Position numbers and translations under genes: made by a program. The notes under the pieces are model-generated. The model worked only from the letters and a program-made list of their open reading frames with translations. It ran no database searches and was not told the DNA's origin. Positions 46,574 through 57,700 of a DNA stretch of 64,000 nucleotides are shown here, piece after piece. Each line of letters starts with the position of its first letter. The first letter of the stretch is position 1. Where the stretch lies: NCBI GenBank assembly GCA_965112735.1, contig OZ218953.1:868001-932000 (forward strand), written 5' to 3'. This DNA comes from Phaeosaccion multiseriatum (taxonomy: Eukaryota > Protista > Ochrophyta, other classes).

Positions 46574-49500
46574 TGTGTGTGCGTGTGTGTGTGTGCGTGC
46601 GTGCGTGTGTGAGTGCGGGCGTGTGTGCGTGCGTGCGTGCGTGTGTGAGGGAGTGAGGGAGTGGGTTTCTGTGAGAGTGAGTGAGAGTGCGTGAGTGCGC
46701 GAGTGCGTGCTTGCATGCGTGGGTGCGTGCGTGCGTGAGGGAGTGAGGGGTTCTTTCCTTGCTCCTCCAAAAGCTCATTGCCTGTCTTCCCTTCTTGTCT
46801 CCACCCCGACCCATCTGTCCCGCACGCACACACACACACGCACACACACACGCAGGTGCAAGGGGGGCTCAGTGAGTTGGCGGCGCTGCACCTTGCGCAG
46901 GCCGAGATTGTTCTGTCCTTGACGGATCACTTTACGCGCAAGGTTGGCGCAGTGGGGAGTGAGGAGCGTCGCGGCAAGCAGGGAGGAGCCAAGCTGCCCG
47001 ACAGAAGAACCTTGCTCGCCGATGTTGCCGCCCAGCTCAAGAAGATGGAGGCCTTGAAAGACCTCCATAGGGTTAAGGGTGACGCAGAGACACTGGGCCG
47101 AGATTTTGTGCAGTTCATGGTGCCGACCACTGAGTTTGCTGCAGACCCCAAAAGGAGTAACGAGAAGATTACAGCTGCAGCTGCAAAGGTGGCGTTGCAG
47201 GCGGCTTTCGCTGCGGGTGCCTACGTTGAAGCTTCCAGCAGAAGAATGGACAGGTCAACCTGGGTGGCAGCGGCGGCCTCTGGGGCAGCTGCCTTTTATT
47301 TTTCTCGTCTACAAGGATACCACCCCAGCGCCGAGGACAGGAAACTGGCGATGGCCATGGGGCGGTTGCTGGCACACAAGCTTGAGACAGCTTCTTCTGA
47401 TGCCTTCAAACCAACACCCTTCTCCAACGAGGAGACGACGGAGGACGAGAGAAAGAGTCGGGCGGCGTGGCTCAAAAGAGCGGAAGAGGTGATGCGAGGA
47501 AGCGAGAGTCGGTCCATGCAGCCCGTGATCCAGGCGTTGTTTCTTGTGACACTCTACAGGGAGTGGTACTCGAAGGGAACGCTCAAGGCTGACGATGAGA
47601 ACCTTTCTCGCCTGGTGCTTGAGGCCCTGGCACGCACGGAACCGAGCGGGCCGAGCGGACAATCCCCCGAGTGGACAGCGTTTCTTTGGGCTGCCCTTTA
47701 TCAGCACTTGCGGCAGACCTACGGCCTTCCGAGGATCAAGAAGAAGAGGCTGGGCAGTATGAAGCCCGCCAGCCTTGTCCAGGAGGCGGGGAAGATGGTG
47801 CACGAGGAGGGGAAGAAGGAGGCAGAGAAAGCAGCGTCGTCAAAAGCGGCAAGAGCGGCCTTGAGGTACTCACAGAAGTCTTTGACGTACGAGCTGGGGG
47901 CTCAGCAGACCAACAGCGGACAGGTGCGCTACCGTGCAGCACGAGAGACGAGGAGGGAGGGGCAGGAGGAGGACTTCAAGGTGCGCAGCAGCTGTGAGTA
48001 CCTGGAGGTGAGCTCAGAGTCCGACCCCAACAAGGAGCTGGCGACATCAGAGTGCAGGCTCTCTTATAGGAAGACAGCGCCGCACTCCCCGGACCGGTAT
48101 GTAGACAAGGTGATCGTCAAGCTGCCTACCGACAAGTGCGAGTTCGTTCTGTTGGACCTGACGAAGGTCCAGGACCAACGCAAGCTGCTGCGGCTGCCGG
48201 GCATGGGGCGGGCAGCAGGGGGGAGCCGAGGGGTGGAGCCGAGATGGGTGGCCGTGCGGGCAGATACGCTGAATGGCGAGCCTGTTCCCGGCACCATTCG
48301 GCTCGAGGTTATCTTTAGAGACTATGGCCAACCTCCGCCACCGCCTGCTGTTGGGGTGCAAGAAGGAATCGTGCCAAGGCTAGTCGACTTCCGCCCACCA
48401 GGGTTCAAGGAGGAGAGGGCCTGCTGCGCGCCCGAGGTGAAGGTGACGAGGGAGAAGGTGACGAGGGAGAAGGGGAGGGACAAGCTTGTAGCTCTCCGAG
48501 TTGAACACTCCGAGAAGGCCCGCTCTCTGCCGAAGGTGCCGAAAACGAAGACTCAGCGGAGGAAGAGCGCAGAGGCTGCCGCTCTCCGCAAGAGAATTCG
48601 CGACGCGGACCAGGCGAGGGCGAAGGCGTATGGTGGAGGGCACCGCAAGTGGCGCCCATTACGGGAAGGTGACTTGTCTCGCAGGGCCGGGCTGGGGCCG
48701 AATACCCATTCCGTGCAAGTGCTTGATGTCATGGAGGGCTGTTCCGCAGAGGATGCCACGAGCCTACGCGAGTACTTGGAGAAGCTCACTCCCTGTCAGC
48801 GCTGGGGCGGGGCGGATCCGGGGGTTCGCTCTTTCCTCCATATCTACGACATGGGGAATAACCGCGTGTATCGGGTTGGGCACAAGTTCTCTGCTAACGT
48901 GCGGAAGGTGCAGAAGAAAATCGCCCGCCTGGACGGGGCCATACACGAGGCGAGAGAGGTAAGCAAGGAGCTTAGTAGCGGGAAGGTGACAAGCTACGAA
49001 AGGCAAGGCAGGGGAAAACTGACAGCTCACTCGCTCCGCTCAGCCATGGGAGGAGGCCTCCCCTCCGCCCCTCCTCTCTTGCCCCTACTCTTGACTTGTT
49101 CCCTGGCTGCTGACTGAATCGGCCGCTCCCGCCCTCCTCTCCCTCTCCCTTGCTAGGGCGGCGACACTGCCATCCTCAAGGCGCTGTGCTCTGAGCAAGC
49201 CAAGATACGCCAGCGTTTGAAGCACCATACTTTGGTGCTTCACACAATCGCCATCAGGCTCATCACAGCGACTTTTACCCACTTTGTGTTGCCCCCGGTT
49301 GACGCCAAAGCGTGGGCGAGCCGGAAAGGCCGCTTGAGAGCGGGTCTGCCCAGGGACATGGGGAAGGACATGGCGGCTCTCTCCTTCGGAAAATTTCGAC
49401 AGCGGCTTCGATTGGTGAGTGCTGGCTGGACAGGCAGCCAGGGGAGGAGCATTAGGGAGCCCAAAGCTGTATACGAGGAGGCGACTGCCCTCGCTCCGCC

Positions 49501-50192
49501 TTGCTTGCCTCTTACTAGGCCTACTTGCTGCTCCTTTGCCTCTGCCTCCTCTCGCTCGTCCTCCTCCCTCACCAGGCGGCATCGTCTCCATCCTGCCCTC
49601 TGACGACCCTCTGTGAGCCCAGCGAAGCCTACACCACCAAAACGTGTGGCTCTTGCGGGGCTTACAACGAGGCCGTCGGCGGCAAGAAGCAGTGGGTATG
49701 CCCCACTTGCCACCAGATGCTACTCCGCGACCCCTCAGCCGCCCGGACCATCACTCTGTTGGGGTTGCAGGAGTTCGCAAGGGGCGTGCTTCCATCGTCG
49801 TCCGTGCTGAAGCCACAAGCGAAGGCACGGACACACCAAACCTCCCCAGTACGTCGTGTTGGAAGAAGGCATAAGCAAGTCGCCCGCCCTGCCGAGCACC
49901 TGCGTTCTTGTTCTTGTTTGTGTCTGCCTGCAACAATACCCTTCCCCCCCTTCCCTTCAGCTTTTCTTCTTCACTTGCTCTTGCCTGGGCCGCTTTTTTC
50001 TTGCTTTGCTTTCTTGACTTGTTGCCCTGCCTCACTACCTCGCCTGCCTGCCTGCCTGGCCTCGCTCCGCCCTCTCGCTCGTCCTGCTGTTGCTTTGCTA
50101 GTCGGGGCCACCTGCCGGGGGAGCAGCCGGAGGGCTTCTTGCCCAAGAGGCTGTACAGGCTACTTCGCGATCGGAGCGTAGTCTGTAGGTGA
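40071..50192 (+). CDS. Giant multi-exon protein: Gly/RGG-rich region, unknown domain, Zn-dependent (TadA/CDA-fold) deaminase, then enlarged Fanzor (TnpB-like RuvC + Zn ribbon) RNA-guided nuclease
   Basis: Phase-0 GT-AG exon chain ...41803 | 41916-42074 | 42234-43595 | 43727-46027 | 46856-48958 | 49157-49414 | 49576-~50190 stays in frame without stops. Deaminase HAE (43371-43379) and PCYAC (43458-43472). Ruv[16 protein letters not shown] (Asp 48815), Ruv[22 protein letters not shown] (Glu 49624), CPTC, Ruv[14 protein letters not shown] (Asp 49729). The 5' start and exact last exon are uncertain. Confidence 0.85.
46088..46745 (+). repeat. Long (GT)/(GCGT)n microsatellite within an intron of the Fanzor fusion gene
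   Basis: Directly visible; lies between the GTAAGT donor at 46028 and the CAG acceptor at 46855. Confidence 0.95.
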
Positions 50193-50580
50193 GATGGCTG
50201 CTGCCTGCTGCTCGCTCCCCTGCACCCCCAGCCACGCCAAAGTCATGAACTCTTTCCTAACAACCTGCCCCTCTCCCCGCCCGCCCCCCCCCCGCCCCTC
50301 CGCCCCTGCCCTCTGATTGCTTCCTGCCTCCTGCCTCGGCGATTGCTTTTGCTTCCCGCGATATCTTCCCGCCTCCCGCTCCCGCAATCTCCCGCCTTTG
50401 CCAAAAAATTCCAAATTTCGTTTTCTTCTCCCTTTTTCGGCCGGCGGTCGACGGTATAAAAATGCGCCGACTTGTCAGACGTGAAAGCTCACTTAAAATA
50501 AGCAAATAAGCAAAAGCAATAGCAATAGCCTCAAGATACCCTGTTCTGCAGTTTGCCTCACTCTTCCTGTGAGCAAATGA

Positions 50581-51860
50581 ATGACGCGGAGTCCGTCAAG
50601 GGCCCGGTGTGAAGGCCCACTGCTGCTGCTTCTTCTACTTCTGGTGTCGGTGCCGCCTTCTGCTTGCTTCGCGACGAGCGTGACATCGAAGAGAGCAACC
50701 CAAACAACTCACTACTGTTCCCGCCATCCCGGGGCTGCTCTGCGGAGGCCGGGAAAGGATGTACGGCCTTGTCCGAGAGGGCTAATAGAAGTAGGGAATG
50801 AAGTAGTAGTAGGAGCAGTGGCAGTAGGAGAAAACGCAGCAGGTGCTGCTCCTGGTAACGATGGGGCCGACACACCTCACAACAGACCACTCGCCGTGGT
50901 GACGGGGGCCAACCGAGGTCTGGGCTATGCGCTCTCGGCGGAGCTATTGAGGAGAGGCTGGGATGTGATCCTTGGCTGCAGAGACGAGGCGTCGTGCCGA
51001 GCAGCCGCCGCTGGGCTGAACGTAGTAGTTCTTGAACAGGAGGAGGAAGAGGAGGCGCGGGGTGATGGTGGGAATGCAGGAACATACTGCTCGCCACCAT
51101 CTTCAGCAGCAGCAGGAGTGGCCGGAGGAGGAGGAAGGGAAGCAGGCAGAGAAGGAGTCGGGCGTGTCCGGGTGCATGCGCACAGTCTTGATGTGGCGGA
51201 TTCACGGAGCGTTGCACGGTTTGTGAAGACGGCCCTGGCAATAACAGAGACAACAGCAACACGATCACCATCGGACAGTCGGGCAGCAATGAGCAAGTCC
51301 AGAGCAACGCGCAAGGTGGACCTGCTGGTGAACAATGCAGCGGTGTGCCTTCCCGGAGACAAGTACGACGTTTTAAGTCAGACACTGGCCACCAACTTCT
51401 TCGGCCCTCTAGCGATGATCGAAGCTTGCCTACCTTCGCTGGCAGCAACTGCACCAGGAGGAGCAGCAGAGGCGGCGGCTGAGTCTTCTACATCACCAAT
51501 TGCTGCTGCTATTCCTTATGAAGCATCCCCCCTCTCGTCAAGCAGGCCACAGGGGAAGGAGGAGGAGGAGGAGGAGGAGGAGGAGCAGACACATCAAGGG
51601 CAGGAACGTGGGAAAGTCCACCAACGCCCTCCTCCCCTTGGCGGGGTGGTGTTGAATGTATCTAGCGGCGACGGAGAGCTGTGCTACATGGCTTCGGACT
51701 TGCAGCTTGCCCTGACAGAGACCTCCACGCTGCAGGTAAGGGGGGAGGAGGGGGGAGAGCGAAGGGATGAGGGGGCTCTCTCTCTCTATCAAGACTCGAT
51801 CTTGACTCTACTCGTCTAATCCTTGCCTGTCCCTGCCCCTTTCTCCCGTCTCTCTGTCTC

Positions 51861-51895
<35 letters not shown>

Positions 51896-52680
51896 CTCGT
51901 CTTTCTCTCTTCCTCTCTCTCTCTATCTCTTCCTTCCTCCCTCTCTCCCTCTTTCTCTCCCTTAACTCTCTCTTACTCCCACTCTCTCTCTTCCTCCCTC
52001 TCTCTCTCTCGCTCTTCTATCTCTATCTCCACGCCCCTCCCCCCCCCCTCCCTATCTCTCTCTTCTCTCTCTCTCTCTCTCTTCCCCTCTCTCTCTCTCT
52101 CTCTGCGAAGGGTGTAAAAGACGTGGTAGAGTCTGTTCAGAGTGCGTGCCTTCATCCCCGGTCAGACGAGAGCAGCACAGCTCATACTGCCCAGAGTAAC
52201 AGCAACGGCGCGAAGGAACAAGAAGAGGGCCACCGAGAAATCGCCTTCGGTCCCACCCCTGCCTACAGCTTTTCCAAGGCTGCTCTCAACGCCGCCGTCC
52301 GCGTGCTCGGTCCCGAGCTGCTGGCCGAGAGCGGGGTGCGCTGCATAGCTGTGTGTCCCGGAGACGTGGCAACACGGATGTGCTCCGTGCCTGTGCCGGC
52401 TGGGCTTGGAGTGCAGCTGGAGGAGGAGGAGGAGGAGGAGGAGGAGGAGGAGGAGGAGGAGGAGGAGGAGGAGAGTCATCGAGCTGAGGGGCCAACAGGA
52501 GCAGGAGCAGGAGCAGGAGGGGAAGGGGAGGTGGAGGTACTGACACCCGCCGAGGCCGCCAACCGGGTACTGGACTTGTTGCAGGGAGGAGGAAGTGGAG
52601 GAGGAGGAGGAGGAGGAGGGGGAGGGGATGACTTTGAAACGGGCTGCTTCTACAGAGACGGGCAGCGGATCCCATGGTAA
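50581..52680 (+). CDS. Short-chain dehydrogenase/reductase, carbonyl reductase-like, with signal peptide (2 exons)
   Basis: LAVVTGANRGLGY; HSLDVAD; VDLLVNNAAV; TNFFG; VLNVSSG; catalytic YSFSK; VCPGDVATRM; TGCFYRDGQRIPW. Confidence 0.93.
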
Positions 52681-52746
52681 TTGACTCGCACAGGTATGAC
52701 GGCAAGCTGAATCAATCAATCATCCAATCAGGAGCTCGGGCGCTGA

Positions 52747-52782
52747 TGTGCTATCTGCTATCTGCTATCTGCTATCGCCGGC
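52747..52782. repeat. Fragment of the GATAG-rich repeat family (copy 3, reverse orientation)
   Basis: gtgctatctgctatctgctatctgctatcgccggc is the reverse complement of the gccggcgatagcagatagc units at 4258-4441. Confidence 0.6.
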
Positions 52783-53552
52783 ACCAGCCTATCTGGCGAG
52801 AGACTTTTTCCCTCGGTCGGCACGCAAGAACTCCTTGCAGCGCAGATCGCATCACCGTAGACCCCTCTCATCGTTCGCTTAATTCGTCAACAGCCACTGC
52901 CATGCAACTGCTGCTGCGCTCTGCTCAATTTTTGAACCCTCTGGCTTTTTCATACCTTTCTTGTGCAAGAGGAGCTTGGGCTAATAATCATCTGCTGGGG
53001 GGAAAGGCCACACACTTTCTAAATTTTGTATTCAGCTGAAAAAACGCTCTTATATTCTCCTATTTTGTGTGTGTACATGTGGGACATTCTCCTATTTTGT
53101 GTGTGTACATGTGGGCCCATGTCCCAAGCGTCCCAAGCAGCGGTGCTCTGCTCCCCCCCATCTGGATCTATGGAGGCCCTTGGACGGGTCGGGCCTCGTG
53201 CTGGCGGTTGTGCCGCTGCTGCTGTTGTTGTTGTTGCTGCTGCTGCTGCTGCCGCCAATGCTCAGGCTCGCCAGGCTGCCGCCAATCCCCAGGCCGGCCG
53301 GGCTGTTTCCACGTCGGGATGCAGCCATGTGGGCGAGGGCAGCGACCCTCAAAAGAGCGCGTTCGAGGAGACCAACCGCCTTCTCCTCCAGTCCCCCCTC
53401 ACACAGGCTGTTCACTATGGTGGAGACGATGAGGGGCAAGTCCGTCACGCGACAATGTGTAGGGTGATTCTCAACGCACTGCGCGGGTAGAAATTGTGGG
53501 CCTTCTCGCTCAGGGTCAATGCCACGGCCACCACACTCCCTTGCTGGTTGAC

Positions 53553-53784
53553 GTGCTGGGCGAACGCCATGGCCTGAGCAGCCTCGAGGTAAGCCAGAGG
53601 GTCGTGGTACCACCCTGACGGGTTGGAGGTCGGCATGAAGGGGATTCCTGCGTTTGCCGCTGCCTGCTGAATGGCAGCGGCAGAAGCAGGGGTGCCACTC
53701 ATGCCGACCTCCAACCCGGCAGGGCACTACCACGACTCTCTGGCTTACCTCGAGGCTGCTCAGGCCATGGCGTTCGCCCAGCAC
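53553..53784. repeat. ~112-bp-arm inverted duplication (fold-back hairpin, 8-nt loop)
   Basis: The outer 47 bp are perfectly complementary and the rest is mostly complementary; loop tgctgaat. Confidence 0.92.
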
Positions 53785-54776
53785 ATCCCTCGGTCCGACG
53801 GCGGCGAGGAGGGGGTGCCTAGCGCCAATGTTGTCGTTGTGAAATTGAGGGAAGGGCGCAGGGACAGAAGACAGGTTTCAGTTTCAGTGCGTGGTCGTCG
53901 CATCGGCATCAAAGAGGAAGCAAAAGGGCAGATGAACAGTGACTTAAGGGCTGGGGTGCATCTTCATCTCCATCGTCAACCTCCTCGACGAATCCCTCCT
54001 TGACCCGCTTCTGCGAATGGAAAAAGAAGAAGAATAAGGAGGAGGAGGAGGAGGAGGAGGAGGAGGAGGAGGAGGAGGAGGAGGAAAAGGAGGAGGAGGA
54101 TGAGGAGGAGGAGGGAGCAGCACAGTCGGCGCTTTGGTAGATAGCCCTAGCCCAAGCCATAGCTATCGCTTTCCTAGCTCCATGATCGAAAGCAATGAGG
54201 CAAGACGAGCAATAAAAAGCCCTTCTTACCCACGGGGGATCGACGCGCTATCTCTTGCTGGCGCTGTCCGCCTCCCCCCCTCGTGGGGCCACAAATCCTT
54301 TGGACGTGCCCGTTGTTGCGCGGGTCCAATTGGGTCCATGGCTATTTCCGCTGCGCCGTGGTGGGGTTTTCTGCAGGAGCCCCCCTTCTTCTCCAGCACC
54401 CCCTCCAGAACGCTTCGGACGTGGTGGGAGAGGCCCCAGCTTGACCCCTGTGGCAGCCTTAAGCCGTGGGGAAGGCACTCTGCGGCTCTTTCCCCCCAAT
54501 TCCCCGTCCCCCCCCCCCAGTCCTTACCTCCTGTGACAGGAGCGGAGGGGATGCAGACGCAGACAGTCGGCCTTCCGCTTCCCTCCTCAGTTCTGAGAAA
54601 AGGAAAGCTGCGGCTCTGCCGAAAGCTGCGAAGGGGAGGATAGAGGGAGGAAAAAAAGGGAATGTGGAGTCTTTTTTTGTTTTTTGTGTTGAGGAATCCA
54701 TAAACTGAAACTCACAATCGTCAGTGTCGATCCCCCTCAGTAAAAGGGGCACCACCGCCAAGAAAAGGAAAGCAAG

Positions 54777-57700
54777 ATGAGGAGAAGGAAGAGGGGAGAG
54801 CCCGCCGTGTTGATGCTCTCTACCTTGGCTGTGGTGCTGAGGAGGCGACGAGAAGGAGGAGCTGCAGAAGCTTTCACAGCAGCCACACCTGTGAGGCAAG
54901 CCCACCAAGGGTCGATTCCTCCTCCTCCTGCTGCTGCTGCTGTATCGCACGGTCAACCACGCAGAGATCTAGCATTTGCGCTATCAGCCTCATCGCCCGC
55001 TTCGCTGTCCAGCTCTGCACCATCAGCTACCCGAGGAGAAGAAAGTAGCGTCGCAGGAAGCACAACCAAGGCGGACCCAGGAGCAGCACAAGGAGGAGGA
55101 GCCGTAGGGCGCAGACCTTCGGGCGGCCGGGCAGGGCAAAGAGGTGCTTCTGGCAGGAGGCGGGGGCGAGGAAATAGAGGAGGCAGGGGAGGACAGAGAG
55201 GCAGAGGGTCTGTATCAGCCCCAGCAGCAGCAGCCGCAAGAGGAGGAGGAGGAGGAGGAGGAGGCGAAAGCTGGGTGAGCAGCGGGAGCTCTTCTTCCTC
55301 CTCTTCTTCTTCTTCTTCTTCTGGGAAGAAGTCGCGACCCGTCAGCTCTTCTTCCTCTCCTTCTGCCGGGTCGGCGGTGGTGACTACACCTTCTTCCTCA
55401 ACAGCAGACTTGCCCTACTTTTATGTACCGGAGAAGCCGCCTCAACTGTGGCAACAATTGCCTGCGTACCTCGCAACCATCGACCCCGCCACGACCGATG
55501 AAGATATTCCCGTCTTGGGGGGTGCAGGGACCGGGTCGGGCGAAGGAGCAGCAGGAGGGGCTCCGTCGTGCGACGAGATCGACGCAGGATTCCTGAAAAC
55601 GATTTTGCTCTCTCAGACGACCTTTATCAATGCGAGGGAGGAGCTCCAGCGCATCGAGGCAGATCAGCGCAAGTACGCCAAGAGCAAGCCCAAGGTGGGT
55701 ATGTGTGTGTTGGTCTGGGTTGGTGGGGGCTGTTCGTGTCTGTTGCCCCTCGGTTGGGGTGTTGGGGTATTGGTGAGTCGGTTGAGTCAAGTACGAGGGA
55801 GTCTTACTTACTGCCATGTACATCTAAGAAGATGAAGAAGAAGGAAAGCCGCTAATTTGAAGCCAACTGTGTGTGTGGGGGGGGAGAGGAGTATATTCGA
55901 CGTAAGGAGTGAAGAAGACTTGCAACTCGCTCCCAGAGCACCGCACGGCTCTCTCCATGTCCTGAGCTCCACTGTGTAGCAGTACCTCCTCCATATGCCT
56001 CCATATGTCTTGCGATCTTAGGGTGTACACCTTCTTTCCTCCTCCTCCTCCTCCTCCTCCTCCTCCTCTGCCCTCCTCGATAGCCGGACCGTCGTATTTT
56101 CCGAGGCACCCCACTGTACGACCAACACGCCAACGGAGGGCCGCAGACCGAAGAGGAGGAGGCCTTTGCCAAAGACATTGCTGCCCGTAAGCAGCAGCAG
56201 GAGGACGCCCTTGACACCGCCATGGACGCTCTCCGGGCCATTGCAGATAGGGACCCGTACGAGAGGGTGAGCAGCAGCAGCACCAGTTTGATGGGCAGCA
56301 GCAGTCTCATGGGCAGCAGCAGTGGTACACAAGGGGACTTGGGAGGACAAGGAGGAGGAAGAGGTGCGCTCACAGGTACAGGGGTTGGTGGTCCGCCCCG
56401 ACTGGCCTTTGACACGGCTCTGGAGATGTGCTCGGCCAACAAGCGCTGGGGAACATGTATGGAGGCATTGGAGCTCATGCAGAGGTGAGTAAGTCAATGA
56501 GTGGGTAGTAAGTCAAGTAGTGGGTGGTAAGTAAGTGAATCTGGTAGGTAGGTAGGTAGGCAGGTAAGTTGGGTCACTCCCTCACTCCTGACAATCACTT
56601 CCTTCACTGTCCTGATTTTCACAACACTCAACTCCCTCACTATCCTGACGCACACCCACACACCCCACTGTCGTGACACTCTCGGACACCGTCGGACACT
56701 CTCGGACACCCTCCGGTACTGGTCTCTGGCACTGGTGGTCAACAGGGTCCGCGTATCGCCCCACGCAGGCACGTACAAGGCCCTCCTCCGCTCCTACTCG
56801 GGCAACAACTCGAGGGGTCGTGCTGCTTTCATCATCAAGGCCATGACGGCCATGAAGAGGGCCAAGGTGCAGCCTGACCAGCAGATCTTCGAGCTTGCCG
56901 TCACGGGCTGTGCCGCAGGTTAGATGGGATGGCAGTGGATGGGGTGGGGTGGGGTTGTCGGTTGCTCTCCCTTGCATACTTCGTGGCCGTATCTCTATCC
57001 TCCCGTTCGTCCCCTCCCCTTCCTCTCCTCATCCCTCCCTCCCTCCCCCCGCCCCTCACCTCCACACCCACCCACTGACATACCACACCGACCCATTCCT
57101 CATTGACTTCCTGCTCACGCACCTTCACAGCTGGCGACCACCGCGCTGCTCTCCACTTTTACAAGCAGAACTCCGCCATGGGATACGCCTCCACAGAGAA
57201 GATGCTCAGAGAGCTTGTGCTCGTGTTGGGCTCGCATGGGTATTGGGCAAGAGCCAGGTGCGAAGTGGGGGGGAGGGAAGGACGGAGGGAAGGACGGAGG
57301 GAAGGACGGAGGGAAGGACGGAGGGAAGGACGGACGAACCCCCTCCTCGCTATTACATCAGAATCGAACCTGCGATCTGAGGCGCGCTTTTGCTTAGACT
57401 GACACCTCGCCCTCTCTTATCTCAATGTATCTCTCTCTGCTTCCGTCTTTCTCTCTCGCTCCCTCCCCCCCCCGCCTCCCTCTATTGCTGTGATCAGGGG
57501 CTTCATTTGGGACTTTGAGAAGGCTACGGGATGTGCGGTGGATATCGTTTGCTACAACGCCATCATACGCTGTCTCAAGGACTTGGGAGAGGCTGGCCAG
57601 AAGGTGAGGCGTGGACGAGAGGGAGAAGGGGTACAGTCACTCCATCACTGGGCCATCACTTCACTTCACTCGCCTTCACTCACTCACTCACTCACTCACT

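Larger units (their letters stand above)
35036..50478 (+). mobile_element. ~15.4 kb TIR DNA-transposon-like element carrying a deaminase-Fanzor fusion (coordinates include both 10-bp direct repeats)
   Basis: Left ggcgcacttttatagtgtcgacc (35053-35075) and right ggtcgacggtataaaaatgcgcc (50446-50468) are inverted repeats, 20/23 match. GACTTGTCAG occurs at 35036-35045 and 50469-50478. The element separates the divergent hisD and SDR genes and encodes a Fanzor-type nuclease. Confidence 0.8.

Noticed and set aside
45996-46851. His/Thr-rich and Cys/Val-rich ORFs (metal-binding look-alikes)
   Set aside because: Dinucleotide/tetranucleotide microsatellite within an intron.
46778-49800. Bacterial IS605/IS607 TnpB contamination
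   Set aside because: The RuvC region is interrupted by spliceosomal GT-AG introns with host-like microsatellites and sits between eukaryotic genes. No Y1 or serine-recombinase tnpA is visible.
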